Below, piece by piece: positions 27,826-40,969 of a stretch of DNA of 64,000 bases. Position numbers and translations under genes: made by a program. Positions within the stretch are counted from its first letter, which is position 1. Every line of letters starts with the position of its first letter. The notes beneath the pieces were generated by a model. It did no database searches, had not been told where the DNA came from, and saw only the letters and a list, made by a program, of their open reading frames with translations. The stretch is taken from assembly GCA_964016885.1 (NCBI GenBank), contig OZ024742.1, positions 92,380,001 to 92,444,000 of the forward strand. The letters are read 5' to 3'. This DNA is from Eledone cirrhosa (Eukaryota).

Positions 27826-29021
27826 TATATATATATTCTTTTCTTTTTTTGTACATCACTTTCATAAAAGGTTCCACCCAAAACTTCAGATCTCTTCAGT
27901 GTAAATATTTTTACTGTGCACACTTTGTCAAATTTGTGTGCAAATATTTTCTAAATTATGTGCTTTCTTTTTTAAACAAACCTTTTTTATTTTTGTTTAT
28001 CTGATATTACGTTTACGTTTACGTTTTAATTGTTTGCTCCCCCATTCTAATATATATATATATATTTGTTTGTTTGTTTATAGGGAATTCTTTTTAACAG
28101 TACAAAAAAGATAGTTATATATTCTCTTACTGGCTACGAGAATGGGTGGTATGCATGACTATTAATTTTTCAAATCATTAAAAGATAAAGAGAACTGAGT
28201 TATCGCTAGCCGGGTTTCGAAACCCTACCGATTAGATGCCTCGCTGACCGATTATTTCTTAACCCAATTACACGGCACTCAATATAAATTACTATATTAC
28301 ACCCTTCAAATTTATCGGATACTTTTGTAAGCCACGACGTCATTAAATATAATAAAGAATATTATTTGACAATTGGTTAACAGTAAACTGTAGCGTTGCT
28401 ATTAAACTATGTCTGATACCAGAAACTACAGCTGAACAATATGTACCATTCTTCCGCTTGTACAAAGGAATGCTTGTATCCATGTTATATTCGAATTGTC
28501 AGATATAAAACTTTATCCTGTTTGTCGAAATATTTATATATATATATAATGTGTGAATGTGCTGTGTAACTGTGTGTGTGTATGCGTGTGTAAGTGGATA
28601 TAACTGAGGTCAGAATGCCAATCGTCACATATGTGTAAGATGAATTTATTCAACCGAAACTAAAATTTCGCTAATTCTGCCAACAAAAATTAGTCGTCAT
28701 TATCAGTTTTGTTTTGCTCAAATATTTTACGATTCTTTTCGCATAACTTAATCCAGGGAATCGTGATTTTGTGCACGCAGACACGGAATGGCCGTGTGGT
28801 TAAAAAGTTCTAAATGCTCACTTCGCAAGCTAATGGTTCTTAATATAATCTGACCATGGGCAAGGATTTTTACTGGAAATTTCAGGTTGACCAATAAATT
28901 GGAAACTTGTTGAATGATATTTTTTGTTACTTAAAACTCTGTTAGCTCTAAATATGTTAGTATGATCATGTTTTTAATTTCTTTCTTTGTCCCGTATTGG
29001 TGATAAAGAAGCGTGAGCTAA

Positions 29022-29202
29022 TAATTGTTTCTACTTTTGGTACAAGGCCAGCAATTATCCCAGTGTATTACTGGTACTTTATTTTATCAACCCCGTAAGG
29101 ATGAAAGGCAAAGTTAACCTTGGTGCGATTTGAACTCAGACCGTAAAGGGCCGTAACTCCATGCTGCAAAGCTTAGTGTCCGACCCTCTACTGATACTGC
29201 CA
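29022..29202 (-). mobile_element. SINE family A
   Basis: Matches consensus. Confidence 0.8.
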
Positions 29203-29618
29203 TAATACACAAGAACAGTATATATACTTAAGACCCTCCAATCCCCAAACTGTAACGGAAGATCTGTAGGTTGTCAGAAACTGTACAGAAACTTGACGCG
29301 TGATGTGATAGACCTTTCAAACTTCTGCATTTAAGTTTCCTGGAATAAAGCTAGGCATACAATGACATATGTGCAGATGGCATACAATGACATATGTGCA
29401 GATGGCATTCAATGATATATGTACAGATGGCATACACGAGCACATATATATATAATGAGTAATCAAGCTCTCACACTCATGCACAAAAGTGACAGTGTCG
29501 CCGCAGTAACATACAATGTGTCTTGGGCATTTCAAACCTAGCGGAGACCGTCTCTCACCAGTGCTGAATACAGCCGATTTATTCCAGAGGAGGAGGAGGG
29601 GATGGGGATGAGGGGGTG

Positions 29619-29712
29619 AGAAGAAGAAGAAGAAGAAGAAGAAGAAGAAGAAGAAGAAGAAGAAGAAGAAGAAGAAGAAGAAGAAGAAGAAGAAGAAGAA
29701 GAAGAAGAAGAA
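29619..29712. repeat. (GAA)n expansion inside a composite SINE
   Basis: Direct reading. Confidence 0.95.
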
Positions 29713-29807
29713 TGGACCCCAGTACTCAACAGGTATTTTTTATCGACCTCGAAATGGCGGAAGGTAAAGTTGAACTCGACTCGACGGAATTTGAACTTAG
29801 TGCGCAG

Positions 29808-29854
<47 letters not shown>

Positions 29855-29856
29855 TC

Positions 29857-29895
<39 letters not shown>

Positions 29896-30027
29896 GTACA
29901 CACACGCACAAACACACACACACATACATATATATATATTATATATATATTTAGATATACATTTATATATGCATTACATACGTAGATATGAATGTGTGTA
30001 TACATACATATATACGTACATACATAC

Positions 30028-30617
30028 ATGGTGGCTGCCAACTCGTTTTCGAGTATGGCCACTACTTTATATCCATGTAGGAGAAACCCTACCGATGCGC
30101 TGAACGAGTGTGGCTTTTTAGTCCAGCCAGCGACTTGAAAACTCTGGTACAAACACTACACTTGTGACAATTATTGACACATAGTCCCCAAGGTACCATG
30201 TGACGACAAGTGCAGAGAGATCTCCAGATATAAAGCAATGCCTGTGCCGTGAAGCTTTTATAGTGAGCAAAGGCACTGCACAAAGCCAGTCCCACTCTCT
30301 TAACCAAGATGATATTTACCAAAAGAAGAAAAAGTCAACATCATTGGATACCATCAGGGTTGCAGGTGTTATATCAGAGTTTTCCTTCTCCTAGAATTCT
30401 GCCTTGACAAAGGCTAAGTGGTCATCTCTCCCGGTGATTTTGGATGGCCATTGACTCTTAAGAGCTCCTTTGCCCTTTGAGAGGTTTTGTTTTTAGTCCT
30501 GCAGGATGTCCAAAGTCACTCTCCTCACCAAGAAACCTTGGTGGGGTTGCCAGTTTAGTCGCCAACGATCCGACCATGGAACAGGTTGTACTGGGATACA
30601 TGTTACCAGTAGCACCA
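30028..30617 (-). mobile_element. Non-autonomous RTE-derived element, copy 2
   Basis: Reverse complement of 6712-7306, slightly 5' truncated; in a (CATA)n tract. Confidence 0.75.
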
Positions 30618-32191
30618 TACATACATACATACATACATACATACATACATACATACATACATACATACATACATACATACATACATACATACATACATAC
30701 ATACATACATACACACATACTAACTAGACAGTCAACGCGATCAGTCGCATATTTTGGCGTGGGAGACTATTTATTAAATTTAAGATGAATACTATCTCCG
30801 ACAGTAATGCCACAACTACAGCCAGGTTGAATAACTGGTTATTCTTCTAACTATCCCTTCTGAAGACACCTTTTATTCGAATTCGTAGACATATCCGACT
30901 AAATACATAATTCATTTTACAAAGATTTGCTACAAACAGCATGGCTGAACACATCAACAAAATAATTAACGAAGTACCGAAGACAAATAACAAGGAAGGC
31001 AATCAAACTTTATTCAGTTAGCTACAGAAGAAACCGAAATTATAAATCGCATTTCTCTTGGAGTTGCGAACTTAATAATGATTTATTTAATTGTTATAAA
31101 ATGGCAAAAGACAATCCCTCCATTGGCTATATGAATAGAATGAAGCTACACTGGGACGAAATGCACCCAGAGCTAAATTATTTCACAGCGAAACAATTAC
31201 GCCAACAAGCGACGTTTGTTGAACGTAAAAATAAGATAAATATTATTAATTGTAAGTCCCCAACAACAAACATGTTATCAACAACACGTGCTACAGGTCG
31301 CCATGCTACTAGACTTCCTAGCAGCCAGGTCGAACAGCGCCTTGAAACAACTATGCCTGTAAGAAACCTGACACCACCTGTACCATCTAAGTCTACCTCG
31401 AATGCTGGGGAAAACACTATTGATAATAATAATAATCGAATAAATGTGACACCACGTGTACCATCCGAGTCTACATCGACTGTTGTGGAAAATACTATCG
31501 ATAATGATAATCAAAAGTATAAACAATTGAAAATTTCCCTCAACGAAATCTTCCAGAGAGAAATTAACTCATGTATAAATATCTCTCTTGCTGAACGTGT
31601 TAAAACGACAATGTTGAATAAAAAAACAAATAATGAAATACTACGTGTTATTATCGAAATAGGAGATGAATATTTACGACGGATAAAAACCCCAACATTT
31701 TGACAAATCAACGCCTGTTTATATGTGAAGCATTATCTTTGTGATAGCAGAGATATTAACAAGAACAAAACACCACCAAAAATACCATCATATATAACTA
31801 AAATAGAAAAAAAGATTGCTGACCTACGAAAAAAACATAGGATATGTGACAATGCTCCTTACATGCAAACAAACACAAAAAAACCTCACTCCTCACCAAC
31901 AAAGAGTGAAAAATAAAATAGAGAAGATGTTTGGTAACAGTAGAACCAGAACTCTCCAATATAAGCTGATCACCCTCAAACAAGAATTGAGAGCTGTTAG
32001 CGAGAAACGCAGATACCTGAAGAAGGTAGATGAGAGAAAAGTGTTTAATAAAAGATTCAGACGAAACCAAACATAAGTCTATAGAGATATGAAGGGCAAA
32101 ATAATGTGTCACTGAGGCCCCATCCCAGAAAGACATAGATTCCTTTTGGAGAAAAATATGGGGTGAAAAGAAGAATTTCAACCAAGATGCA

Positions 32192-33817
32192 GTGTGGCTA
32201 AGAGAAATCCGAAAGAACTATTGCTCCTACACTACAACAAAAACATACGAAATAAGTGAGGGTACCCTTGAGACTGTGATAGGAAAACTACAAGATAAGA
32301 AAACACCAGGAAGATACATGATTGTCGGCTACTGGTACAAAAAACTGATATTCTATCGGAGGTATCTTACTGACCTCTACCAACAAGTTCTTAAGGGAGA
32401 TACACTTATACCAGAATGGTTGACATTAGCACAAACATTACTGGTCCCCAAGAACAAAGACACCCACTTGGCAAAAAACTACCGACCCATTGCATGCCAG
32501 AACCTGATGTATAAGATGTATACAGCCTACCTGAACCTATTCCTCCAAGATCACTGTGAAAATAATAACATCATCACAGATGAACAAGCAGCTGGAAAGA
32601 AAGGGGTTTGGGGATGTGCTGAACAACTCCTAATCAACAAAACTGCGATGTCGGAGGTGCGACAACTTAGGAGGAATATGGCTACAGTCTGGCTGGACTA
32701 CAGGAAAGCTTTCGATTCTGTTCCCCACTCTTGGATGATAGAGGCCCTCCAACTTGCTAAAGTCCCAGACATTATTGTCAGAGCCATAGAGAGGCTGTCT
32801 TCTTCTTGGGCTACTATCCTAAGGTTAAAGACACAGAGGGAGGACTCTATTTTCACTGATAAAATAAAATATTGCAGGGGTATATTTCAGGGGGACAGTC
32901 TCTCTGTGATATTATTCATCTTGTCATTAAACTCCTTGTTTTTTCTGCTCAAGAAATGTGAGGGATACATCATTGGCTCACAGGAGGACAGAAATACGAA
33001 CCTAACCCATAATTTCTTTGTGGACGATCTGAAACTCTATGCCAAGAACATGGATGGGATGAAGAAAAATCTTGACCTGGTTACAACGTTCTCAAAGGAT
33101 ATAGGAATGGAGTTTGGCCAAGATGAATGCTCATACATGACTGTAAAGCGGGGAAAAACAACAACCCAATCTAGCAACATTGTCATCAATGGCCTAACTG
33201 TTTCACCGATATCTGATCAGGACTGCTACAGATACCTGGGGATAGATGAGAACATATCCTATAATGTTATCTGTAATAAAGAACGCGTAACCAGGGAATA
33301 CTACACCCGATTAAGAAAGATCTGGTCATCGGAACTCTCTGCGCAAAACAAAACAGTGGCTCACAATGTGTTTGCTGTGCCTATCCTAACATCAACGTTT
33401 GGAATACTCAATTGGACGATAGACGAAATCCGAGCAGTTGATGTTGGAACTCGAAAAATACTGAACAACACCGGAAACTTCCACATCAACAGTGACATAG
33501 ACCGTCTTTACTTGAAACGTAAGCAGGGAGGCAGAGGCCTAACATCAGTCCAGACAACATTTGAATGTCGCATCATATCTCTCCGACAACATCTACGAAC
33601 CTCGAAGCATAGGAACCCGTTTCTCGAGCAAGTCTATCTTCATGAAACAGATAAGATCATGAGAGTTGGGAAGGAACTCCTTGAGAGATATTCCCTGTGT
33701 GATAATCAAAAACTCACACCCAGGGATGTCGCTCAGCAGTATCGCAGTGAAATCATGGATTTAAAAAAATCATGCATGGATATGTTGCCAGGAAGCTCCA
33801 GAGTGAGAGTAATATAG
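32192..33817 (+). pseudogene. Reverse transcriptase portion of the R4-clade ORF
   Basis: KNYRPIAC, WLDYRKAFDSVPH, RGIFQGDSLS, FFVDDLKLY, YRYLGI and RLYLKRKQGGRGL. Stops and frameshifts upstream (31701, ~31900, 32074) and a frameshift near 33770. Confidence 0.9.
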
Positions 33818-34566
33818 ATAAGGAAAGTAGTCTATCTTGGACCAACAACCGCTATATTGGCTCCCACTTTGAAGGATACGCTTTTGCATACCAGGAACAG
33901 GAGATTAGCACGAAATACCTGATTCACAAAAGAGATAGGGTTGCAGGCAAAACACCTACTTGTGATAACAAGTGCAGACTCTGCAGAACTAACATCGAGG
34001 ATATCACCCTTGTCATCAGCAGCTGTCCAAAGATCTCATCGCGGTACTATCTACCTATGAGGCATGATGTAGTGGCCAAAACACTGTACAATGCAGTTCG
34101 TAAAAAAGATAGCCCCGATAATAAACACATTAAAAGCTACAACAATGTGGAAGACATCCATGTACATAATATGAAAGAGTACTGGTGGAATGTTCCAGTA
34201 AAAACCTCAATAAAATGCAGGCATAACAGACCAGATATTATGATATGGGACAGGGAGAAGAAAACATGCACAGTAGTGGAAATTAGCTGCCCAGCAGATG
34301 CCAATATAATATCGAAGATTAGTGAAAAGGAGAATATTTATGCAAAACTGATGAGAAATCTGCAGATACTCCACCCTGATTACACCTTCATATTTATGCC
34401 TTTGATTATTGGGGCACTGGGATATGTTAGTAACTGCCTCAATACAAATCATGAGAAGCTAGGCTTCACAGGGACAGAAAGAACACAACTAGTTAGGAAA
34501 TTACAAGTACAATCCATTAATGGAACAGTAAAAATATGTAAAATATTCCAAAACTTTTGCATCTAA
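33772..34566 (+). pseudogene. Zinc knuckle and restriction-like endonuclease portion of the R4-clade ORF
   Basis: AYQEQ, CRLC...ISSC, RHD, RPDI, VEISCP and IIGALG. The knuckle His reads L here but H in the copy at 41666. Confidence 0.85.
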
Positions 34567-35049
34567 TAACTGCATATACACATGTACAGATACAAAGCAT
34601 ATACACATGCACACATACAACTCAAAACATACTCATCCATACATACAATAACACATATCTACACATGCATGCATACATATCTACCTAGTTGATGTTGTGT
34701 AAATTCCAATGAGAGAGTCTTGTGTCTATGTTAGAAACCGACTCTCTCTCTATTGGTAAAACTTTGTGAAATTATAAAACCAGAAGAACATACATACATA
34801 CGTAAGTACGTACTTACATACATACATATAAATCCGAGAATTGGCATTTAAAATAGATCAAGGCTTTCCAATTAAAACGGAAAAGTATCTGTAGATGTGT
34901 AGAAAATAGGTGAACGGTGCCAAACACTGCTTCCTTGTTACAGAGCTATTCCGTACTATGTCTTCTCACTTCCCCGGGGGATAATATGTGCAGTGTCCCC
35001 ATCTCAATGAAGGTCATTGCTGTTTTCTATACATATGTCTGAGATATTA

Positions 35050-35940
35050 TCAACTACCATCCAACCGGCCAACTATCCATACAACCAACAGATAAGCCAG
35101 CCAGCCAAACAACAGACCAGACACCCAGCCGGCCAGACAGACCAATCAGCCAGCCAGTCAGCGAATCAGCCAGACAACAGACAAGCCAGCCAGTCAGCCA
35201 AACAACAGACCAGCCAGCTAGTCAGCCAAACAACAGACCAGCAAATCAGTCAGACAACACACAGCCAGCCAGCCAGCCAAACAACAGACCAACCAACGAG
35301 ACAAAACACACCAGCCAACCAGCCAACCAGCCAAGCAACAGATCAGTCAGTCAGCCAGCCAACTAAACAACAAACCAACTAGCCAACTAGCCAGCCAAAC
35401 AACAAACCAGCCAAACAACCAAACAGCCAAACAACAGACCAACCAACGAGACAAAAACACACCAGCCAACCAGCCAACCAGCCAAGCAACAGATCAGTCA
35501 GTCAGCCAGCCAACTAAACAACAAACCAACTAGCCAACTAGCCAGCCAAACAACAAACCAGCCAAACAACCAAACAGCCAAACAACAGACCAGCCAACCA
35601 ACGAGCCAAATTACAGAGCAGCCAGCCCTAGTCAGCCAGCGAGTCAGCCAGCCAAACAACAGACCAGCCAGTAGTCAACTAACAAACCAGCCAAACAACT
35701 GATCTGCCAGCCAAACAAACAACAGACCAGCCAGCCATACAACTACCAGCCAAACAACAGACCAGCCAGTAGTCAACTAACAAACCAGCCAAACAACTGA
35801 TCTGCCAGCCAAACAAACAACAGACCAGCCAGCCATACAACTACCAGTCAGCCAGCCAGCCAAACAGCAGACCATTCAGTCAGTCAGCTAATCAACCAAA
35901 ACAAGCCAACCAGTTAGCCAAATAATTAAAAATCAGCCAG
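35050..35940. repeat. Degenerate (CAGC)/(AAAC) compound minisatellite
   Basis: Recurrent ccagccaaacaacaga with higher-order duplications. Confidence 0.9.
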
Positions 35941-37117
35941 CCCGTTAGTCTTCAAATCCAACCTGTAATTCTCCATTTGAATTAACTGTATATCACATAT
36001 CACATACAAATGCACGCACAAATATACATGCAAATATGCCGTATACATAAATATATAATTTTATGCTTGATATCATGAAATTATTTTGATATAACGGCTA
36101 TTCGCTCATGTTCAAGGAAAACCGCCACTGACTATTAAAGGGAATTGTGTTTTCGACAGTGGCTCTTTAAGCCTGGTAGTCTCCGAAGTGACTTTTGGCA
36201 GACCTCAAATACCAAGCCGTATATATGCATATTAGTACGCAGAAGTGTATTTTGATGTATCCCAATATATAATTTAATCTACCAATTTCTTTACACATCA
36301 TTCCAAGAACTGTATGTTACTCTATCTGTAGTCGTGAGCTTTCTGTACTCAACGCTTTATGTCTTTATGAATTCGTTAGAGAGTAACCGGGTGAGTTTTA
36401 AAAAGACATACGATCAGAAATGTCACAGACCAAGTTTACCCAATATACTTCACAAATTCTGTGTTTATGTGCTTAAATTCTGCACACGAGCTGCAAACAT
36501 TTTCAAAAACTTCTTCCCCATCTTTTATTCATTCTCTCCACTGATACTACTGAAACGAATTAATTTTTTGTTTGTCCTCATTTATTTCAAATGCTTTTAA
36601 AGTACAAATGCTTTTAAAGTACAAATGCTTTTAAAGTACAAATGCCCTTAAAGTACAGATGTCTGATCCAACAAAAACAGTGCTTGAGTGTCATTGCCTC
36701 AATACTCAAAATGGCTGCTCCATTCAAAATCTCTGTCTAGAGACCGTGAGGATCAGCTGGCATTTAAAATATGTCGTGAACATTTCTTATCAAATCGCCC
36801 AAGAACCTTTATATGATACTTTTAGATGACCCAGATTTCATATAATTAAAGAGAGGTCAGTACATATCCACGATATGCAACCATTTTTGTTAACTTTGTG
36901 ATACCATGTTGAAACCAGATGAAAGGCTTCCTAACTATTAGCAGAAAGTTATGTTTGGCTATGTTGGGGGTTACTTCACAATGACAGTAACAGAGATAGC
37001 TAGAGTGGCATATCATGTACTAAAAGCCTGGTATATTAGTTCTCATTTTGCCATTAAATAACAGTAAATAACAATACACCTGTTGTACAACAGAATAGGA
37101 ATGCAGGTAAAGCACCT

Positions 37118-37498
37118 ACTCTCGAGTCTCAAATAATAGAGGGAGTTAGAATAAGCGGGTTAGTTGGAATAAGTGGAGGAGTTGTAAGAAACGGTGTAAG
37201 GGTTGGAAAATAGGTAATTTTTCTGGGTTGTCTGCACTGATTTGTTAAAAACCAGAATTAGTTGTTTAGTTTACATATTGAGATCCTGTTTATTTTATAA
37301 CGTATGGGGTTTTGAGTAATGTACTTTTTTTGTCATATATGTTTTTTAATGTATAAAGAAAATTAACTGTCGCAGAAATGCTAACACTTAAAATAAAATT
37401 TAATAAACGGCGGTAGGGAGATAAGAGCGGGTTTGGAGAAAAAAAATCTGAAAAATTAATAAGCTGGGTGGAGGGACGATTATCCAGACCCGGAGATA
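37118..37498. mobile_element. MITE related to 8298-8650
   Basis: tactctcgagtctcaaataat / attatccagacccggagata ends; shared internal aaaatctgaaaaattaataagc. Confidence 0.5.
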
Positions 37499-38207
37499 GA
37501 TGTAACAATCGTTGCAGGGTTTATGGAATTAGCACCGAATATGTGATTATATCATAAACAGATGTCTAGAAATGTCGTAGTGACACTATCTACTAACGAA
37601 GGAGGATGGAATGACCGAAACACAATAATGTTTTTAATATCTGTGCATTTATCTTTGTTGACAAACAGATGAACAGAAAATTAAGTTTACAAGTGTTTCT
37701 CTGTCTCTCTTACGTCAACAAAAGTTCAGCCAATCATGAGTATTCAATATTTTCTCTCTCCTAAACAGGCGCAGACACACACACACAAATACACAAATAC
37801 GTACACACAGATAAAATAATTTATAGTATTAAGCTTAATAAAGATAGCATTCTCTTTTATGAGCTGCTTAATGACATATTCATCAGTTCTGTAACTGAGG
37901 CAACCGATGCAGTATCCTATAAAAGTACACAAACCTCACATATCTTATGCTACAAGAGCTAAAAACACCTGCAAATCAATTCGAATTTGTACTAACCATT
38001 TAACAACTACCTTGATATGTCTCATGAAATAGGAAAGCACTAAATTCAAATTATAAACAATGGTTTATTATGTATTCTTATCCAAGTGATAAGCAGTGTT
38101 TTATTATTTCTTCTGACAAATATATATATATATATAGAGAGAGAGGGAGAGCGAGAGAGCGAGAGATACACACACACATACACAGACAAACACACACACA
38201 CACATAC

Positions 38208-38280
<73 letters not shown>

Positions 38281-38406
38281 TGTATATATAGTGTATTTTG
38301 CAATACACTGTATGCTTAATTAAAAGCATTTCGAAGACCTTACGCTATTGTTTTAGAGTAGTGACAGTCTCACTTACTTTAAATTTTCAGAAAACAGGGG
38401 AGATAA

Positions 38407-38449
38407 AGCTGACAAAGCTGTTTCGTACTTTTTGGTACTTATCAAAGCT
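38407..38449 (-). ncRNA. Type I hammerhead ribozyme motif (U3-A8, GUC)
   Basis: AGCU UUGAUAA GUAC(CAAAAA)GUAC GAA ACA(GCUU)UGU C AGCU; stem I extendable by GGAG/CUCC. Confidence 0.75.
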
Positions 38450-38724
38450 AACTACTCCACCTGTTTGCTGAAAATCATGAATGTTTGATTCTTATAGAAT
38501 TCTAGTAATAATCAGGAACTGATTATACAGAGTGGTTGCTGGTCAAGCAGAAATTGAAAATTAGAGTTGGTGCTCTGAAATAGCGATATATATATGAGTG
38601 TATATATAGTGTATTTTACAATACACTGTATGCTTAATTAAAAGCATTTCGAAGAACTTACGCTATTGTTTTAGAGTAGTGACAGTCTCACTTACTTTAA
38701 ATTGTCAGCAAACAGGGGAGATAA

Positions 38725-38769
38725 AGCTGACAGAGTTCTGTTTCGTACTTTTTGGTACTTATCAAAACT
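38725..38769 (-). ncRNA. Type I hammerhead ribozyme motif (U3-A8, GUC)
   Basis: AGUU UUGAUAA GUAC(CAAAAA)GUAC GAA ACAGA(AC)UCUGU C AGCU. Confidence 0.75.
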
Positions 38770-38919
38770 AATATATATATATATATATATAAATGCACGT
38801 ATTGTGTATTTAATAATATACTATATATTCATTAAAAAAACATTTTGAAGGCCTTTCGCTATTAACTTAAGGTAGTGATTATAGTCACATACCTAGCTTC
38901 AGCAGAAAACGAAAGGAAA

Positions 38920-38969
38920 TAACTGACGATCGTTTCTCGATTATCAAAGTTTAGCGGTTATCAAAGTTA
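38920..38969 (-). ncRNA. Type I hammerhead ribozyme motif (U3-A8, GUC), weak stem II
   Basis: UAACU UUGAUAA c CG...CG a GAA ACGAUCGU C AGUUA; stem I extendable by GAAAGG/CCUUUC. Confidence 0.6.
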
Positions 38970-39730
38970 TATACCTTTCTACCTTTGCTGTGAGCTGGAA
39001 TCTTATAGAATACCAATTATGTTTATGAGATGTTTAAACTCATTAACATACAGAGTGGTTGCCGGCCCAGCAACAATTAGAAATTTGTTTTGGAACTCTG
39101 AAATTGCAATGTATATATGAATGTACGTATTGCATATTTAATAATATACTGTAGGTTTATTTAAAAGCATTGTGAAAGCCTTTCGCTATGAATTCATAAA
39201 TACATCGCTATTTCAGAGTTTCAACACAAATTTCTAATTGTTGCTGGGTCGGCAACCGGTAAATTCCATAATTGAAGGATCAATATTTATTACGTAATTT
39301 ACACGTGTTTCGTTAATATGTAAACGATTACATCTAGAATCACTAATCATATGTATATATCAGGATAATTCGACTTCTGAGAAGAAAGCTATAGTCAGTC
39401 AGTCATGGATGAAGAACCTATGGACATTTATGACCGAAGGTGGATGGAGGGCTTTCCTAATTAAGAAACGACGATTGAAAGCCACAGAAACTATTTCAAA
39501 AGTTTAGCTTAAAGTATATACTCCTACACACTTACATACACACATATGTATATATATATGCAAAATTAGGTAAAAACATATATATTGGCACAGACAGTTA
39601 AATGCATACAAGTATACGTATGCATACAGTCTTAGGTATATACATACATGCATGCCAACATACATACTTACATACACACACACATACACACACACACATA
39701 CATACATACATACATACATACATACATACA

Positions 39731-39764
<34 letters not shown>

Positions 39765-39790
39765 CATACATACATACATACATACATACA

Positions 39791-40628
39791 ATGTTCAAAC
39801 AAGATGAAAAAATTGACCAATTTACAGAAAAAGTTGTGCATGGATACTTGAGACGTAAAACACAGACCATAGAGAGGATAAACCACTAAAAAAACTGGCA
39901 TGGAGTTCCGACAAGTTTATGACATCACACCTTGAGGGATATCTCTATGCAATACAGGAACAAGAACTCGCTACCAAATATCTGCTGCACAAAAGAGGAG
40001 GGCCATCAGCTGACAATAAATGCAGGCTATGTAAAACAAAGATCTCGCTACTACCTCACCATGAGACACGATGGGATAGCTAGAACCATCTGGAACGCAC
40101 TTCCGAAAACAAAATTAAAAACAAACGAGGAAGAATATATTGAGACAGATGGCACTAAGGAATACTGGTGGAACCTGAAAATAAAAACTGCCACCAAATT
40201 AAAGCACAACCGGCCTGATATTGTTTGGGACCACACATTGAAAACGTGTTCTGTTGTGGAGATCAGCTACCCACTTGATGTAAACGTTGTCAGAAAAATA
40301 CAGGAGAAGGAGGACATCTACAGACCATTGATGAGGAGTTTACAAATCCAGTATCCAAGATACACCTTTAGCTTCATACCCATCATTATTGGGGCTACGG
40401 ATTATATACCAACCCGCTTGGACCAAAGTATGACTGAACTTGGATTTGCGGACAAAAAGCGCAGCTCCCTAATTCATAGTCTACAAATGGCTGCGATAGC
40501 TGGTACCTTCAACATTTGCAAAACATTCTTGCGATTCAAGGGATGACAATTTCTTTTCTTTTACAACCTTGCCACCAGGAAGGTGGCCGGTCAAAAAAAA
40601 TATACTCGAAATTAAGAGAAAGAGATAA
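39791..40628 (+). mobile_element. 5'-truncated R4-clade element, second family (R4-B)
   Basis: HGY, EGYLYAIQEQELATKYL, RHDGIA, RPDI, VEISYP and IIIGA; different 3' UTR from R4-A; (CATA)n on both sides. Confidence 0.8.
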
Positions 40629-40705
40629 CATACGTACATACATACATACATACATACATACATACATACATACATACATACATACATACATACATACATA
40701 CATAC

Positions 40706-40951
40706 ATGATGGCTGCAAACTCTGCTAAGAGTACTGTAATTACTTGGAGGATTATAGAGTTTGGTGCACTTTTAGGCTACGGCCAGTCATATAAACCTGT
40801 AACATATCCTAAATAAGCAATGCCTGTGCTTTGAAGTTTTTTTAAGTGGGGAAAGGCCCTGTACTAGACCAATCCCACTCTCTGAGCATCGAAAACACTA
40901 CCCGAAAAGGAGAACTGGTCAACATCATCGGATGCTTTCGAAGCCGCAGGT
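40706..40951 (-). mobile_element. Diverged relative of the non-autonomous RTE element (3' part)
   Basis: Shares aagcaatgcctgtgc, cccactctct and gtcaacatcat and a similar 3' end. Confidence 0.6.
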
Positions 40952-40969
40952 ACATGCATACATACATAC

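Larger units (their letters stand above)
30720..34788 (+). mobile_element. Near full-length R4/Dong-clade non-LTR retrotransposon (family R4-A)
   Basis: N-terminal CYKMAK..GYMNRMKLHW..HP..KQLRQQ, RT, zinc knuckle and RLE domains. 3' UTR hairpin (gagagagtc/gactctctc). (CATA)n on both sides. 5' boundary approximate. Confidence 0.8.
38276..39257 (-). mobile_element. Retrozyme-like tandem array of ~320 bp hammerhead-bearing units
   Basis: Unit starts at 38276 and 38594 (period 318) and at ~38791 and ~39120 (period ~329). Three hammerheads. Terminal inverted segment 39194-39257 vs 39056-39120. Confidence 0.7.

Noticed and set aside
30720-30940. HDV-like ribozyme at the R4 5' end, or a minus-strand Helitron end at 30725
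   Set aside because: I could not build a consistent P1/P2/P3/L3 fold, and the hairpin plus CTAG is too short to call
34707-34756. SECIS- or hammerhead-like reading of the R4 3' UTR hairpin
   Set aside because: Lacks the 3' GA of the SECIS quartet and the hammerhead core geometry; treated as an ordinary 3' UTR stem-loop
35017-35382. Q-rich 121-aa ORF
   Set aside because: Product of the CAGC/AAAC minisatellite
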